This document shows positions 28,239 through 37,195 of a stretch of 64,000 bases of DNA, piece by piece. Position 1 is the stretch's first letter, and the number at the start of each line of letters is the position of its first letter. Under the pieces are notes generated by a model. The model was given only the letters and a program-made list of their open reading frames with translations. It searched no databases and was not told the origin of the DNA. This DNA is from Bacilli bacterium (GTDB lineage Bacteria; Bacillota_I; Bacilli_A; RF39; UBA660), in contig JAFTRC010000048.1 in NCBI GenBank assembly GCA_017462455.1, positions 20,304 through 84,303 on the forward strand, read 5' to 3'. Position numbers and translations under genes: made by a program.

Positions 28239-29598
28239 AAAAAGTCCGAATGTAATTTTTGCTTGTGAATATTTGCTAGGATTAAATAATAAGTCTAATA
28301 AAAAATATGGACACAATTATCAAAGTGGAAGAAATAAAGATGTAGATGATATGTTTGATTATTTCTCTAATCCTAAAAAGAGTGTTGTAAAATTAATAGA
28401 TTATTATATGGGACATACAAGAAGGGAACATTATAATTTAATATTAGAAGATGGTAGTGTTGCTACAAAGGAAGAAGTAGAGAAAAGAAAAAATAATTAC
28501 AAAAAATATATAAAGAATTCAAATATATGGAAAGGGATTATTTCTTTTAATAATGAATTCATAGATCAAAATATTTCATTTGAAAATTTAGAACAAAGAA
28601 TTGCGAAAGAGGTAATGCCAAACTTTTTAAAATATTGTGGATTTAAAAATGTGAAAGATATGGATTATGTTTTTTCAATTCACACCAATAGCAAACACTA
28701 TCACATACACTTGGCTTTTTTAGAAAAGAAACCGAATTATGTATATAGAAATGGTAAAGTAGGTTATAGAAGATTAGGTATGTTATCATCTGATGAAAAA
28801 AATTATTTAAAGAGATTAGTTCAATTAGCAGTAGAAAGAGATAAATTGTATACACCATTATTAAAACAAGTTAATAATGATATAGATGATTTAAAAAAGT
28901 ATTTTAATGTTAATGAAAAAAACTTTGTTTTAAAAAATATTAATGAGATACAATTTGAAGAAAATATTTTAAAGTTAGGGGAGTTATTAAAACAATATCG
29001 TAGTGATAAAAATATGATAGGTAAAAAAATGAATTATAACTCTATTAGAAAAACAGAACTTGGAAAAGAGATATTATCATTAACAAGAAATATAAAAAAA
29101 TATTTATATAATGATGAAACTTCTTTATTATATAATGAAAAGAATAAAGTAAATGAAAGTTTGAATAAATTAAATGAATACTTTAATAAATTAGATTCTG
29201 ACAATAACATGAATAGTAATATATTAAAAAATGATTTAGTAAAAGATAAAGAAAAATATATAGATAATTATATTTCAAACGCTATTATTAATCATTCATT
29301 ATATAAATATGAAAAGATAAGTATGACTATAAAAAGTAAAAAGAATTTAGATCATATTACTATTGAAGATATTATACAAGAGTTAGCATATCAAAATAGT
29401 TTAACTAAAAAAAGAACAAATGATTTTGATAGAAGAAAAGAAGTTCTAACAAACTTTTTTGAAAATAGTAGTGGTAGTACAAAGTTACCTAACAAGTACA
29501 AAATGGAACGAGCCATAAAAAATATTAATAATGAAATGGATCAGTCTGCCGAAAAGTTTAGTGAATTATTTAATTATGGTAATAGTATGAATAAGTGA
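28231..29598 (+). CDS. MOB-P-type relaxase (mobilisation protein)
   Basis: 3-His motif SIHTNSKHYHIHLAF, which matches the HxDxxxxHxH relaxase motif as I recall it (e.g. RP4 TraI). Candidate catalytic Tyr in the N-terminal 25 aa. Preceded by an RHH protein and a repeat-rich candidate oriT. Confidence 0.65.
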   Translation: MTKKSPNVIFACEYLLGLNNKSNKKYGHNYQSGRNKDVDDMFDYFSNPKKSVVKLIDYYMGHTRREHYNLILEDGSVATKEEVEKRKNNYKKYIKNSNIWKGIISFNNEFIDQNISFENLEQRIAKEVMPNFLKYCGFKNVKDMDYVFSIHTNSKHYHIHLAFLEKKPNYVYRNGKVGYRRLGMLSSDEKNYLKRLVQLAVERDKLYTPLLKQVNNDIDDLKKYFNVNEKNFVLKNINEIQFEENILKLGELLKQYRSDKNMIGKKMNYNSIRKTELGKEILSLTRNIKKYLYNDETSLLYNEKNKVNESLNKLNEYFNKLDSDNNMNSNILKNDLVKDKEKYIDNYISNAIINHSLYKYEKISMTIKSKKNLDHITIEDIIQELAYQNSLTKKRTNDFDRRKEVLTNFFENSSGSTKLPNKYKMERAIKNINNEMDQSAEKFSELFNYGNSMNK

Positions 29599-29736
29599 TT
29601 ATGAAATCTATAAGAGATAAAGTATTAAATGAAACAACTAATCATTGTTTAAATTGCAACTTAAGAGAAAAATGTATTGAGGAAGAATGTGTAATATATA
29701 GAATAGAAAAAATTGTAGAACAAAGGAGGAAGAAAG

Positions 29737-30264
29737 ATGGAAATAAAATTAGATATAGATAATTATGAAAAAAAGTTTTCAGTTACAAATGGTAAAGTAA
29801 AGGAAGAATATAAGTTTGAAGATGTAAATGATTTAATAGAAAATTTAGAAGAATATATACGTCTTAATATGTTAGAGTTAGATTGTGAATTCCAATATAG
29901 CTTAACTGATGGTCAAGAGTTCTTTGTACCGCAAAATGGTGATGATTATATCATCATAAAAGAAAACGGGGAAGCAAGACAATGCTTTACAGTAGTTACT
30001 GGAGCAGAAGAAGATATGTTGGGACCTTTATCTAATAATGAGGTTGCTTTTGAAAAAATTAGTTTAGCAGGTCATTACAATTTAAGAGGTTGGAAAGAAG
30101 ATTTAGAGGATAATGAAATGATGGAAGATTATCAAAGTGCTTATGATAAATATAAAGATTATTGTGAAAAGAATAATATTACGCTTAAACAACTAGAGGA
30201 AGATTATGGTTGGGACTTTCCTGATATATTTAACGAAAGAAAAAAACAAGAATTAGAAAGATAA
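29737..30264 (+). CDS. Acidic hypothetical protein
   Basis: RBS GGAGGAAG; C-terminus …KKQELER. Confidence 0.5.
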   Translation: MEIKLDIDNYEKKFSVTNGKVKEEYKFEDVNDLIENLEEYIRLNMLELDCEFQYSLTDGQEFFVPQNGDDYIIIKENGEARQCFTVVTGAEEDMLGPLSNNEVAFEKISLAGHYNLRGWKEDLEDNEMMEDYQSAYDKYKDYCEKNNITLKQLEEDYGWDFPDIFNERKKQELER

Positions 30265-30313
30265 ATATAACATTTGTTTGTTTTTATGATATACTATTAT
30301 TAGTGGTGGTTTT

Positions 30314-30547
30314 ATGGATAATATAAGTACATTAGAAAATCTTTATAATCAAAATGGTAGTGTAGAATTTAAATTATATAGTTTAGACTATAAAATAGAA
30401 AAAACTGAAACAGGTTGTACTATCTGTGCGATAGAGTATTCTAATCAAAAAAGTCATTATCCAGATTTAAATTATTTATTAGATAATCACTATATATTCG
30501 GTGAAAGTATTAGAGCGAATGCTCATAGAATTATTAATATAAGGTAA
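30314..30547 (+). CDS. Small hypothetical protein
   Basis: ORF with GGTGGT RBS-like upstream. Confidence 0.4.
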   Translation: MDNISTLENLYNQNGSVEFKLYSLDYKIEKTETGCTICAIEYSNQKSHYPDLNYLLDNHYIFGESIRANAHRIINIR

Positions 30548-30603
30548 ATATACGAAGCGGTTGTATTTAATACACCGCTTTATTTTTGAAAAGGAGGAAT
30601 TAT

Positions 30604-31203
30604 ATGAACGATTTACAAAAACGTAAGGAAGAATTACAAAATAAATTAAAAAATGATATAGATGAAAAATTAGCAGAAGCATATTTTGCTGAAGAAGATA
30701 TAGTAAAAAAATATTTTAAGTGGTCAAGAAAAGTTGATGAATTTGCTAAAAAAGAAATTGATAATGCTCCGAGTCATATTGTTAATTCTGTTGATATGGG
30801 TAAAGCAATGGCTTCAATGCAAGTTGAAGATAGACAAATTGCTTTTCTTTGGAAAGGATTAGATAAAGAAAGTCCGTTAGATAATTTAAGACAAAGGTGT
30901 AAAGAAGATCCAAAAGATATGTTAAAAACATTTATGTTTCATTGCTATCGTTTTGATGATTATTTTACTGAAACTATATATGAGCAGTTAACTTCATATT
31001 ATCAAAAAAATGGAACTTATGATGATGATAAAAACTATTATGAAGAAATATCCAAGATGGATTATGATGACTTTTATAAAAGCAAAGCATTTGATAAACT
31101 CTATAAGGATTATTTTTATATATATAAAGAAGCACAGGAAATTGGTGAGTTTGTTAAAGATAAACTAAAGTCAGTAGAAAAGAGAGAAGAAATGGAAAGG
31201 TAG
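30604..31203 (+). CDS. Hypothetical protein
   Basis: Start refined to ATG 30604 after AAAGGAGG. The upstream hairpin AAGCGGT…ACCGCTT plus T-run (30555-30585) terminates the previous unit. Confidence 0.5.
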   Translation: MNDLQKRKEELQNKLKNDIDEKLAEAYFAEEDIVKKYFKWSRKVDEFAKKEIDNAPSHIVNSVDMGKAMASMQVEDRQIAFLWKGLDKESPLDNLRQRCKEDPKDMLKTFMFHCYRFDDYFTETIYEQLTSYYQKNGTYDDDKNYYEEISKMDYDDFYKSKAFDKLYKDYFYIYKEAQEIGEFVKDKLKSVEKREEMER

Positions 31204-31280
31204 GAGTTATTTAAAAAATTAGTAATTAAACAAAAAATTACAATTTATAGAGTAATTCACAATAAAAACAAGAGTTCAAT

Positions 31281-31802
31281 TTAGCTCTTGTTTTTGTATT
31301 CACTTGTGATAATTTCATTAATTTCTTCTGGGGTTTCTTTACAACCGTTGTTTAACCATTTTTTTATTATGGCATTAAGTCCTGCTCTAAAAAATTCAAT
31401 GTGATAATCTATGAATTTATTATTATAATATTTTTCTGCAAGCTCAACATGATATTGAATAGGTACATCAGGACAGATACTTTCTAATTTAAAATATGTT
31501 TTAAAAAATATTTGATTGTCTTTTATATATTTAAACATAGTTAGATATCCATCAGGATTATGTTTGGAATTATTAGATAATTGAAATTCAGCAAATTCTT
31601 CTGCCATTTTATATTTGACTTTTTCTGCTAAATCATAAATATCAATATAATTAGAATAAAATGTAGAACGATTTAAATCTGCTATTTCACAAATAGTAGA
31701 TACTGAAATATCTTCTATATTTTTCTTTTGAATAAGTTGTAGAAATGTTTTTTCGATTTTATCTACAGATGATTTTCTTTTTTTATTATTTGCTATATTC
31801 AT
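31281..31802 (-). CDS. TetR-family transcriptional regulator
   Basis: N-terminal TetR HTH (ISVSTICEIADLNRSTFYSNY); divergent from a + strand operon with palindromic operators. Confidence 0.75.
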   Translation of the reverse strand: MNIANNKKRKSSVDKIEKTFLQLIQKKNIEDISVSTICEIADLNRSTFYSNYIDIYDLAEKVKYKMAEEFAEFQLSNNSKHNPDGYLTMFKYIKDNQIFFKTYFKLESICPDVPIQYHVELAEKYYNNKFIDYHIEFFRAGLNAIIKKWLNNGCKETPEEINEIITSEYKNKS

Positions 31803-31823
31803 AATACCTCCTAAAATTTATTA

Positions 31824-31841
31824 TTCCAACAAATGTTGGAA
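31824..31841. promoter_or_regulatory. Perfect palindrome TTCCAACAaaTGTTGGAA; candidate TetR operator 1
   Basis: Perfect 8-bp arms in the tetR/target intergenic region. Confidence 0.55.
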
Positions 31842-31891
31842 ATTGTTGATTGTTTTAAACTTGTAATAATATTATACTATATTTAGAAAAA

Positions 31892-31908
31892 AACAACAAA
31901 TGTTGGTT
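31892..31908. promoter_or_regulatory. Related palindrome AACAACAaaTGTTGGTT; candidate TetR operator 2
   Basis: Shares the core CAACAaaTGTTG with operator 1 and overlaps the annotated ORF start at 31900. Confidence 0.5.
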
Positions 31909-31929
31909 TTAGAAGATGGTGTAAAAATT

Positions 31930-32229
31930 ATGAGTAAAATAAGAAATATAAATAAACAAATTGAGAAAAATATTGTTAAAGCATATAAAAAAATTGAGAA
32001 CACAACAGTTTCAGGGTATAAGAAAATAGAAGATAAATTTGTAGATTTGTTTTTAAGAAATGATGATGAAAGTATTGAAGAAGCAAAAATTCGAGTTCGA
32101 AAAGAACAAAAAGAATTAGAAGAAAGAAACAGAAAAAAAATAGAAGAACAAAATAAAAAAAGCAAAAGCATAATCCGTCAATCGAGTATATATAGTGAGT
32201 TCAAAGAAAGGGGTGATAAAAATGAGTAA
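31930..32229 (+). CDS. Small K/E-rich protein
   Basis: Start moved to the second Met because the first ATG lies inside the operator palindrome. Confidence 0.45.
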   Translation: MSKIRNINKQIEKNIVKAYKKIENTTVSGYKKIEDKFVDLFLRNDDESIEEAKIRVRKEQKELEERNRKKIEEQNKKSKSIIRQSSIYSEFKERGDKNE

Positions 32230-32527
32230 GGAGAATTTTTTCAAAAGAGCATTTAGAGATATGAAAGAAAGTGCAAAAGCGCAACATGAAGTTGATAAAG
32301 CTAATTTTGAAGCTGTGAAAGCAGAAAGCAGAGCTAATTTTGAAGAAAATAGAGGTCATAATACATTTGCAAAAGCAAAAGCAGATGCAAAAGAAAGTTG
32401 GGAAAATGCTAAAATGAGTCCAGCTGAAAGACAAGCAAAAACAAGAGAAGAACAAAAACAACAAATTGCTGAAGCAAATGCTCGCAAAGAAGCTGCAGAA
32501 AAAAGATTAGAAGAATTAAAAAAATAA
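32222..32527 (+). CDS. Small charged (K/E/A-rich) coiled-coil-like protein
   Basis: Start refined to ATG 32222 after AAAGGGGTGA. Confidence 0.45.
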   Translation: MSKENFFKRAFRDMKESAKAQHEVDKANFEAVKAESRANFEENRGHNTFAKAKADAKESWENAKMSPAERQAKTREEQKQQIAEANARKEAAEKRLEELKK

Positions 32528-32552
32528 TTAAATTATTTTGTTGGAGGAAAAA

Positions 32553-32954
32553 ATGAAGAAAGAAACTTTGTTAGAAATAATTTTAGGAACTATTGGTGGT
32601 CTAATATTTGCAATAGGTATGTGTATGGGATTAATTCCAGAATGGGATATGCTAGGAACAGGAATTGTTGTAGGAATAATTGGTTTTATAATTTTATTAT
32701 GTATTATTCCAGTTCATAGAAAAAGTCATCCAAGAAAAGAAAGAGAAAGAAAAGAAACTGATTGGGGATTAGTATTAACTTGGGTAATTGGCATAGTAGG
32801 TTCATTAATTATGGGATTCGGTATGAGTAAAGTTATTGTAGGCAGTCCTGAAAAAATGGATATAATTATTGGTATGATTACAGGAGTTGTAGGACTATTA
32901 ATTTGTGTATTGAATTATCCAATTTATTCATATTTAAAAAGCAATAAAAACTAA
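32553..32954 (+). CDS. Polytopic small membrane protein (4 TM)
   Basis: Start refined: the GGAGGA of the annotated ORF start is the RBS for ATG 32553. Confidence 0.5.
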   Translation: MKKETLLEIILGTIGGLIFAIGMCMGLIPEWDMLGTGIVVGIIGFIILLCIIPVHRKSHPRKERERKETDWGLVLTWVIGIVGSLIMGFGMSKVIVGSPEKMDIIIGMITGVVGLLICVLNYPIYSYLKSNKN

Positions 32955-33613
32955 TGAATAAAATAATAGAACAATTTAAAAAGTTAAAAAAAGAAGATCG
33001 TATAATGTTCTTCTTGGTGTTTACAACAATAGGAAATATATTTATGGCAACAGTAAAATTTGTATTATCATTAACATTACCATCACTTTGGTTTTTTATC
33101 AATGCAATATTTATGATAGTTTTATCATTTGCTAGATTTTTCTCTATAAGAGATTATAGAAGAACAAAGTTGATAAATGATAAAGAAGAAATACAAAAGA
33201 TTGGTTATAAAAATTATCTTAACAACGGAATATTATTAATGGTGTTAGGAATAATGTATTTCTTTGTTAATGTTTATATTTATTATAAAGGAACAAATAC
33301 AACAATGCATGAATATTTAACTTATTTAGTAGCACTTGTTGCATTTTGGTCTATTGGTTCTGCAATATACGGAATGATTAAATATAAAAGAAATCATACA
33401 CCTATATTAAAAGCAGTTAAATTAACAAATTTTGCAAATGCATTAACTTCAATAATGCTAACACAAATAGTATTATTAGATACTTATGCTAAAACAGAAG
33501 TTTATAATTCAAACTTAATGAATGGATTAACTGGTATTAGTATAGGAATAGTAATTATTATATTAGGTTTATATATGATAATAGGAATAAATAAATTGAG
33601 AAAGGCAGATTGA
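32954..33613 (+). CDS. Polytopic membrane protein (5-6 TM)
   Basis: Hydrophobicity; last gene of the TetR-controlled unit. Confidence 0.5.
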   Translation: MNKIIEQFKKLKKEDRIMFFLVFTTIGNIFMATVKFVLSLTLPSLWFFINAIFMIVLSFARFFSIRDYRRTKLINDKEEIQKIGYKNYLNNGILLMVLGIMYFFVNVYIYYKGTNTTMHEYLTYLVALVAFWSIGSAIYGMIKYKRNHTPILKAVKLTNFANALTSIMLTQIVLLDTYAKTEVYNSNLMNGLTGISIGIVIIILGLYMIIGINKLRKAD

Positions 33614-33716
33614 TTTTTAATCTATCTTTTTAAAGACAAATTACAATTTATCAAGCAGATCAATAAAATGATTTGCTTTTTTCGTGTTATAATTATATAT
33701 AGAGTGGAGGTAAGAA

Positions 33717-35219
33717 ATGAATAAAATATATGCGTGTATAGATTTAAAAAGTTTTTATGCCTCTGTTGAATGTAGAGAAAGAGGGTTAGATCCTCTAACA
33801 ACAAATTTAGTTGTTGCAGATGAAAGTAGAACAGAAAAAACCGTGTGTCTTGCAATAAGTCCTACTATGAAACAATATGGATTAAGCGGTAGAGCAAGAT
33901 TATATGAAGTTGTTCAAAAAGTAAGAGAGGAAAATTATAAAAGAAAAAAGTTAAACAAATATAAAAACTTTACAAGTAAATCTTCTAATGATATTGATTT
34001 AAAAAAAGATAAAACATTGGAATTAGATTATATAATTGCACCTCCTAGAATGGCTTATTATATGAAATATAGTACAGACATATATAATGTATACCTTAAA
34101 TATATTGCTCCTGAAGATATTTATGTTTACTCTATAGATGAAGTGTTTTGTGATATAACAAATTATTTAAATTATAATAATATGACACCTAGAGAACTGG
34201 TTACAAAAATGATACATGATGTTTATAAAACAACTGGTATTACTGCTACTGGAGGAATAGGTACAAATATGTATTTAGCAAAGGTTGCTATGGATATTGT
34301 TGCAAAACACGTTGAGCCAGATGAATATGGAGTTAGAATGGCAGAACTTGATGAAATGAGTTATAGAAAAACTTTATGGAACCATACTCCTTTAACTTCA
34401 TTTTGGAGAGTAGGTGCAGGTTATTCAAAAAAACTAGAATCTAATGGATTATTTACAATGGGTGATATAGCAAGATGTTCAATAGAAAATGAAGATTTAT
34501 TATATAAATTATTTGGAGTAAACGCAGAATTGTTAATAGATCACGCTTGGGGATGGGAACCTTGTACTATAAAAGATATAAAAGCATATAAACCAGAGAG
34601 GAATAGTATAAGTTCAGGACAGGTTCTCCATACTCCATATACATATAAAAAAGCAAAATTAATTGTAAAAGAAATGGCTGATTTATTAGCACTAGATTTA
34701 GTTGCTAAACATTTGGTAACAAATCAACTTGTTTTAACAATAGGATATGATATTGATAATTTAATTAATCCAAGTATTAAAGAAAAATATACTGGTGAGA
34801 TTACTACTGACCATTATGGTAGAAGTATTCCTAAACATTCTCACGGTACTATTAATATAGATCATAGAACATCATCTTCAAAAGTAATAATGGAAGAAAT
34901 GATAATGTTATACGATAGAATTGTAAATAAGGATTTATTAATTAGAAGAATTAATGTTGTAGCAAATGATGTTGTAAATGAAAAAGTAGCAAATGAAAAA
35001 CCAAGATATGAACAATTTAATTTGTTTACAGATTATGATAAACAAGATGAAAAAATAAAAAACCAAAATAAAGATGAAATAGAAGAAAGAAAACTTCAAA
35101 ATGTTTTATTAGGTATAAAAAATAAATATGGAAAAAATTCTATTTTGAAAGGTATGAATTTAGAGGAAGGTGGAACTACCATTGAAAGAAACGGTCAGAT
35201 TGGAGGGCATAAAGGATAA
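33717..35219 (+). CDS. Y-family (UmuC/DinB-like) error-prone DNA polymerase
   Basis: Motifs CIDLKSFYASVE and YSIDEVF (the SIDE motif); size 500 aa. Confidence 0.85.
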   Translation: MNKIYACIDLKSFYASVECRERGLDPLTTNLVVADESRTEKTVCLAISPTMKQYGLSGRARLYEVVQKVREENYKRKKLNKYKNFTSKSSNDIDLKKDKTLELDYIIAPPRMAYYMKYSTDIYNVYLKYIAPEDIYVYSIDEVFCDITNYLNYNNMTPRELVTKMIHDVYKTTGITATGGIGTNMYLAKVAMDIVAKHVEPDEYGVRMAELDEMSYRKTLWNHTPLTSFWRVGAGYSKKLESNGLFTMGDIARCSIENEDLLYKLFGVNAELLIDHAWGWEPCTIKDIKAYKPERNSISSGQVLHTPYTYKKAKLIVKEMADLLALDLVAKHLVTNQLVLTIGYDIDNLINPSIKEKYTGEITTDHYGRSIPKHSHGTINIDHRTSSSKVIMEEMIMLYDRIVNKDLLIRRINVVANDVVNEKVANEKPRYEQFNLFTDYDKQDEKIKNQNKDEIEERKLQNVLLGIKNKYGKNSILKGMNLEEGGTTIERNGQIGGHKG

Positions 35220-35641
35220 TGAAAAATTATGATGATATTATTAATTTGCCACACCACGTTTCAAAGAAACATCCTCAAATGAGTATTATGTCAAGATCTG
35301 CTCAATTTGCTCCCTTTGCAGCATTAACTGGTTATGATGAAGCAGTCAAAGAAACAGCAAGACTTACTGATAAAAGACTTGAAATAGATGATGGATTAAA
35401 AAACATATTAAATAATAAATTACAATATATATTAGAAAACAAAGCATTACAACCTGAAATAACTTTTACTTATTTTGTATATGATAGTAAAAAATCAGGA
35501 GGTAAATACATAGAAAAAACAGCTGTTGTAAAAAAGGTAGATTTAAATGAAAAATATATTATGTTAAAAGATAAGACTAAAATATCAATTGATGAAATTA
35601 TTAATATAACAGGAGATATTTTAGAAAATATTAGTTATTAA
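35219..35641 (+). CDS. YolD-like protein (partner of Y-family polymerase in Firmicutes)
   Basis: Motif SRSAQFAPFAALTGYDE; start overlaps the polymerase stop. Confidence 0.65.
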   Translation: MKNYDDIINLPHHVSKKHPQMSIMSRSAQFAPFAALTGYDEAVKETARLTDKRLEIDDGLKNILNNKLQYILENKALQPEITFTYFVYDSKKSGGKYIEKTAVVKKVDLNEKYIMLKDKTKISIDEIINITGDILENISY

Positions 35642-35806
35642 AATCAATTTAGAAATAAGTTGATTTTTTTTAAATTAGAAAGAAAGGAAATTATATGAAA
35701 TTATTTTTTATTATTACATTTGTATCAGTTATTTTACTGATACTTTTTTTATATTCAATTTTAAAAATATCAAGTAGATGTTCTAGAGAGGAGGAGCGAT
35801 TAGAAA

Positions 35807-36559
35807 ATGAAAAGTCTAGAATTATATAAAAAATTATCAAGAGAAGATAATTTATATTTAAATGATTATTTAGCATATCAATCCATATACGATTGTGCGA
35901 GAAATAGAAATATTACATTGGACGATAAAGTTGTTACTGATTTAAAGGAAATAATAATTGATTATTATACAGAAGATAGTCAATGGCATTTTTCAGTACC
36001 TAGAATTGCAGATTTTATTAGTACTCATTATTTAGATGATGATATTACATTAGATGAATTAGGCGAAATACATTATACTGATATGTTTGATGCGATAGAA
36101 AATGATAGTATTAGTATGGTCTTGGAACAAGATACTCCAATATTAAATAAATCAACCCCTACATATTTAAGCAGTAATTATAATTTAGAAGATATAAAAG
36201 ATAATGTAGTTTATGCTTACCCAATAGGTTTTGATAGTTATGCAGATTATTTCTTAATGAAAAAAATAGATGATAAAGTAATTACTAATTTTGCTTGGAA
36301 ACAAGAAGATGAAAGATTAAGATTAGTAGAAGATATAGAAGATACTAATATTGAATATTTTATTGTTAATTATGATGATTTTAAAAAGGATAGAGTGGAC
36401 TATTTCTATAATAAAATGTTAGATTGTTATGAACAATATAATAAAGAGCAAGAAATACCACCAGTAGGTTTTAATTTAATTCATAACGAATTAAAGATAA
36501 ATCAATTTGATGATTTTGAATTAAGACAAATTATGAGAGATGAAGAAAGAGAAAGGTAG
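35807..36559 (+). CDS. Acidic hypothetical protein
   Basis: RBS GAGGAGGAG; highly acidic; C-terminus …DEERER. Confidence 0.5.
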   Translation: MKSLELYKKLSREDNLYLNDYLAYQSIYDCARNRNITLDDKVVTDLKEIIIDYYTEDSQWHFSVPRIADFISTHYLDDDITLDELGEIHYTDMFDAIENDSISMVLEQDTPILNKSTPTYLSSNYNLEDIKDNVVYAYPIGFDSYADYFLMKKIDDKVITNFAWKQEDERLRLVEDIEDTNIEYFIVNYDDFKKDRVDYFYNKMLDCYEQYNKEQEIPPVGFNLIHNELKINQFDDFELRQIMRDEERER

Positions 36560-36566
36560 TGATGAT

Positions 36567-36836
36567 ATGGATTTTTCAAAATTCAATAATGAGTTTATGA
36601 ATATGCAAACTATGATTGTTAAATATAATAATCAAGTTAATGAAATAAAAAATAGAATAAAATACAATTTAAAAGAAATTGGAAAATATGATACTAAAAT
36701 TAAAGGATCAAAAAATATTGTAGAAAAGAGTTTATATAAAACAATGATAGAAACAATAAAACAAGAAAATAAGTTTTTAGAATCATTAGTTGAAAGTGAG
36801 GTTGAAAAAAATGAAAAGACCGATAGCAAAAATTAA
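36567..36836 (+). CDS. Small hypothetical protein
   Basis: Start refined to ATG 36567 (MDFSKF) after GAAAGGTAGTGA. Confidence 0.45.
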   Translation: MDFSKFNNEFMNMQTMIVKYNNQVNEIKNRIKYNLKEIGKYDTKIKGSKNIVEKSLYKTMIETIKQENKFLESLVESEVEKNEKTDSKN

Positions 36837-37194
36837 TAATAAAGAGATTTATCTTGATATTGGTAATTATGAAAATGATAAATCGTTATATTTAGGTTTG
36901 GTAGATGTTGAAGGTAAACTTTATGATGAAATAACTATCAACTTCAAAGATATGCCAAATATAGCAATGAATTATATTTACATTAATAATAAAATATCTG
37001 ATGGACTAGTTGATTATTTAAAAGATAAAAAAATTATTAGTGATACATTAATGTATAAAAGACATACTAGTGGAAGTTATGAGTTAGTAAAAGTAGATTT
37101 AGATGAATTAAGATATTATGATAATGATAGTGTTGATAGATTTGAAAATATATATGATAAAAAATATTTTTCAACCGAAGTAGAAGAAAAATAA
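36811..37194 (+). CDS. Hypothetical protein
   Basis: Start refined to ATG 36811 (MKRPIAKINN). Confidence 0.45.
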   Translation: MKRPIAKINNKEIYLDIGNYENDKSLYLGLVDVEGKLYDEITINFKDMPNIAMNYIYINNKISDGLVDYLKDKKIISDTLMYKRHTSGSYELVKVDLDELRYYDNDSVDRFENIYDKKYFSTEVEEK

Positions 37195-37195
37195 A

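Noticed and set aside
28231-29598. Alternative call of this ORF as a replication (Rep) protein or primase
   Set aside because: The HxDxxxxHxH-like 3-His block together with an upstream RHH gene and repeat-rich noncoding region fits a MOB-P relaxase better. Not verified by search.
31900-31929. Annotated ORF start at 31900
   Set aside because: The ATG lies inside the candidate TetR operator palindrome. The second Met at 31930 is the more plausible start.
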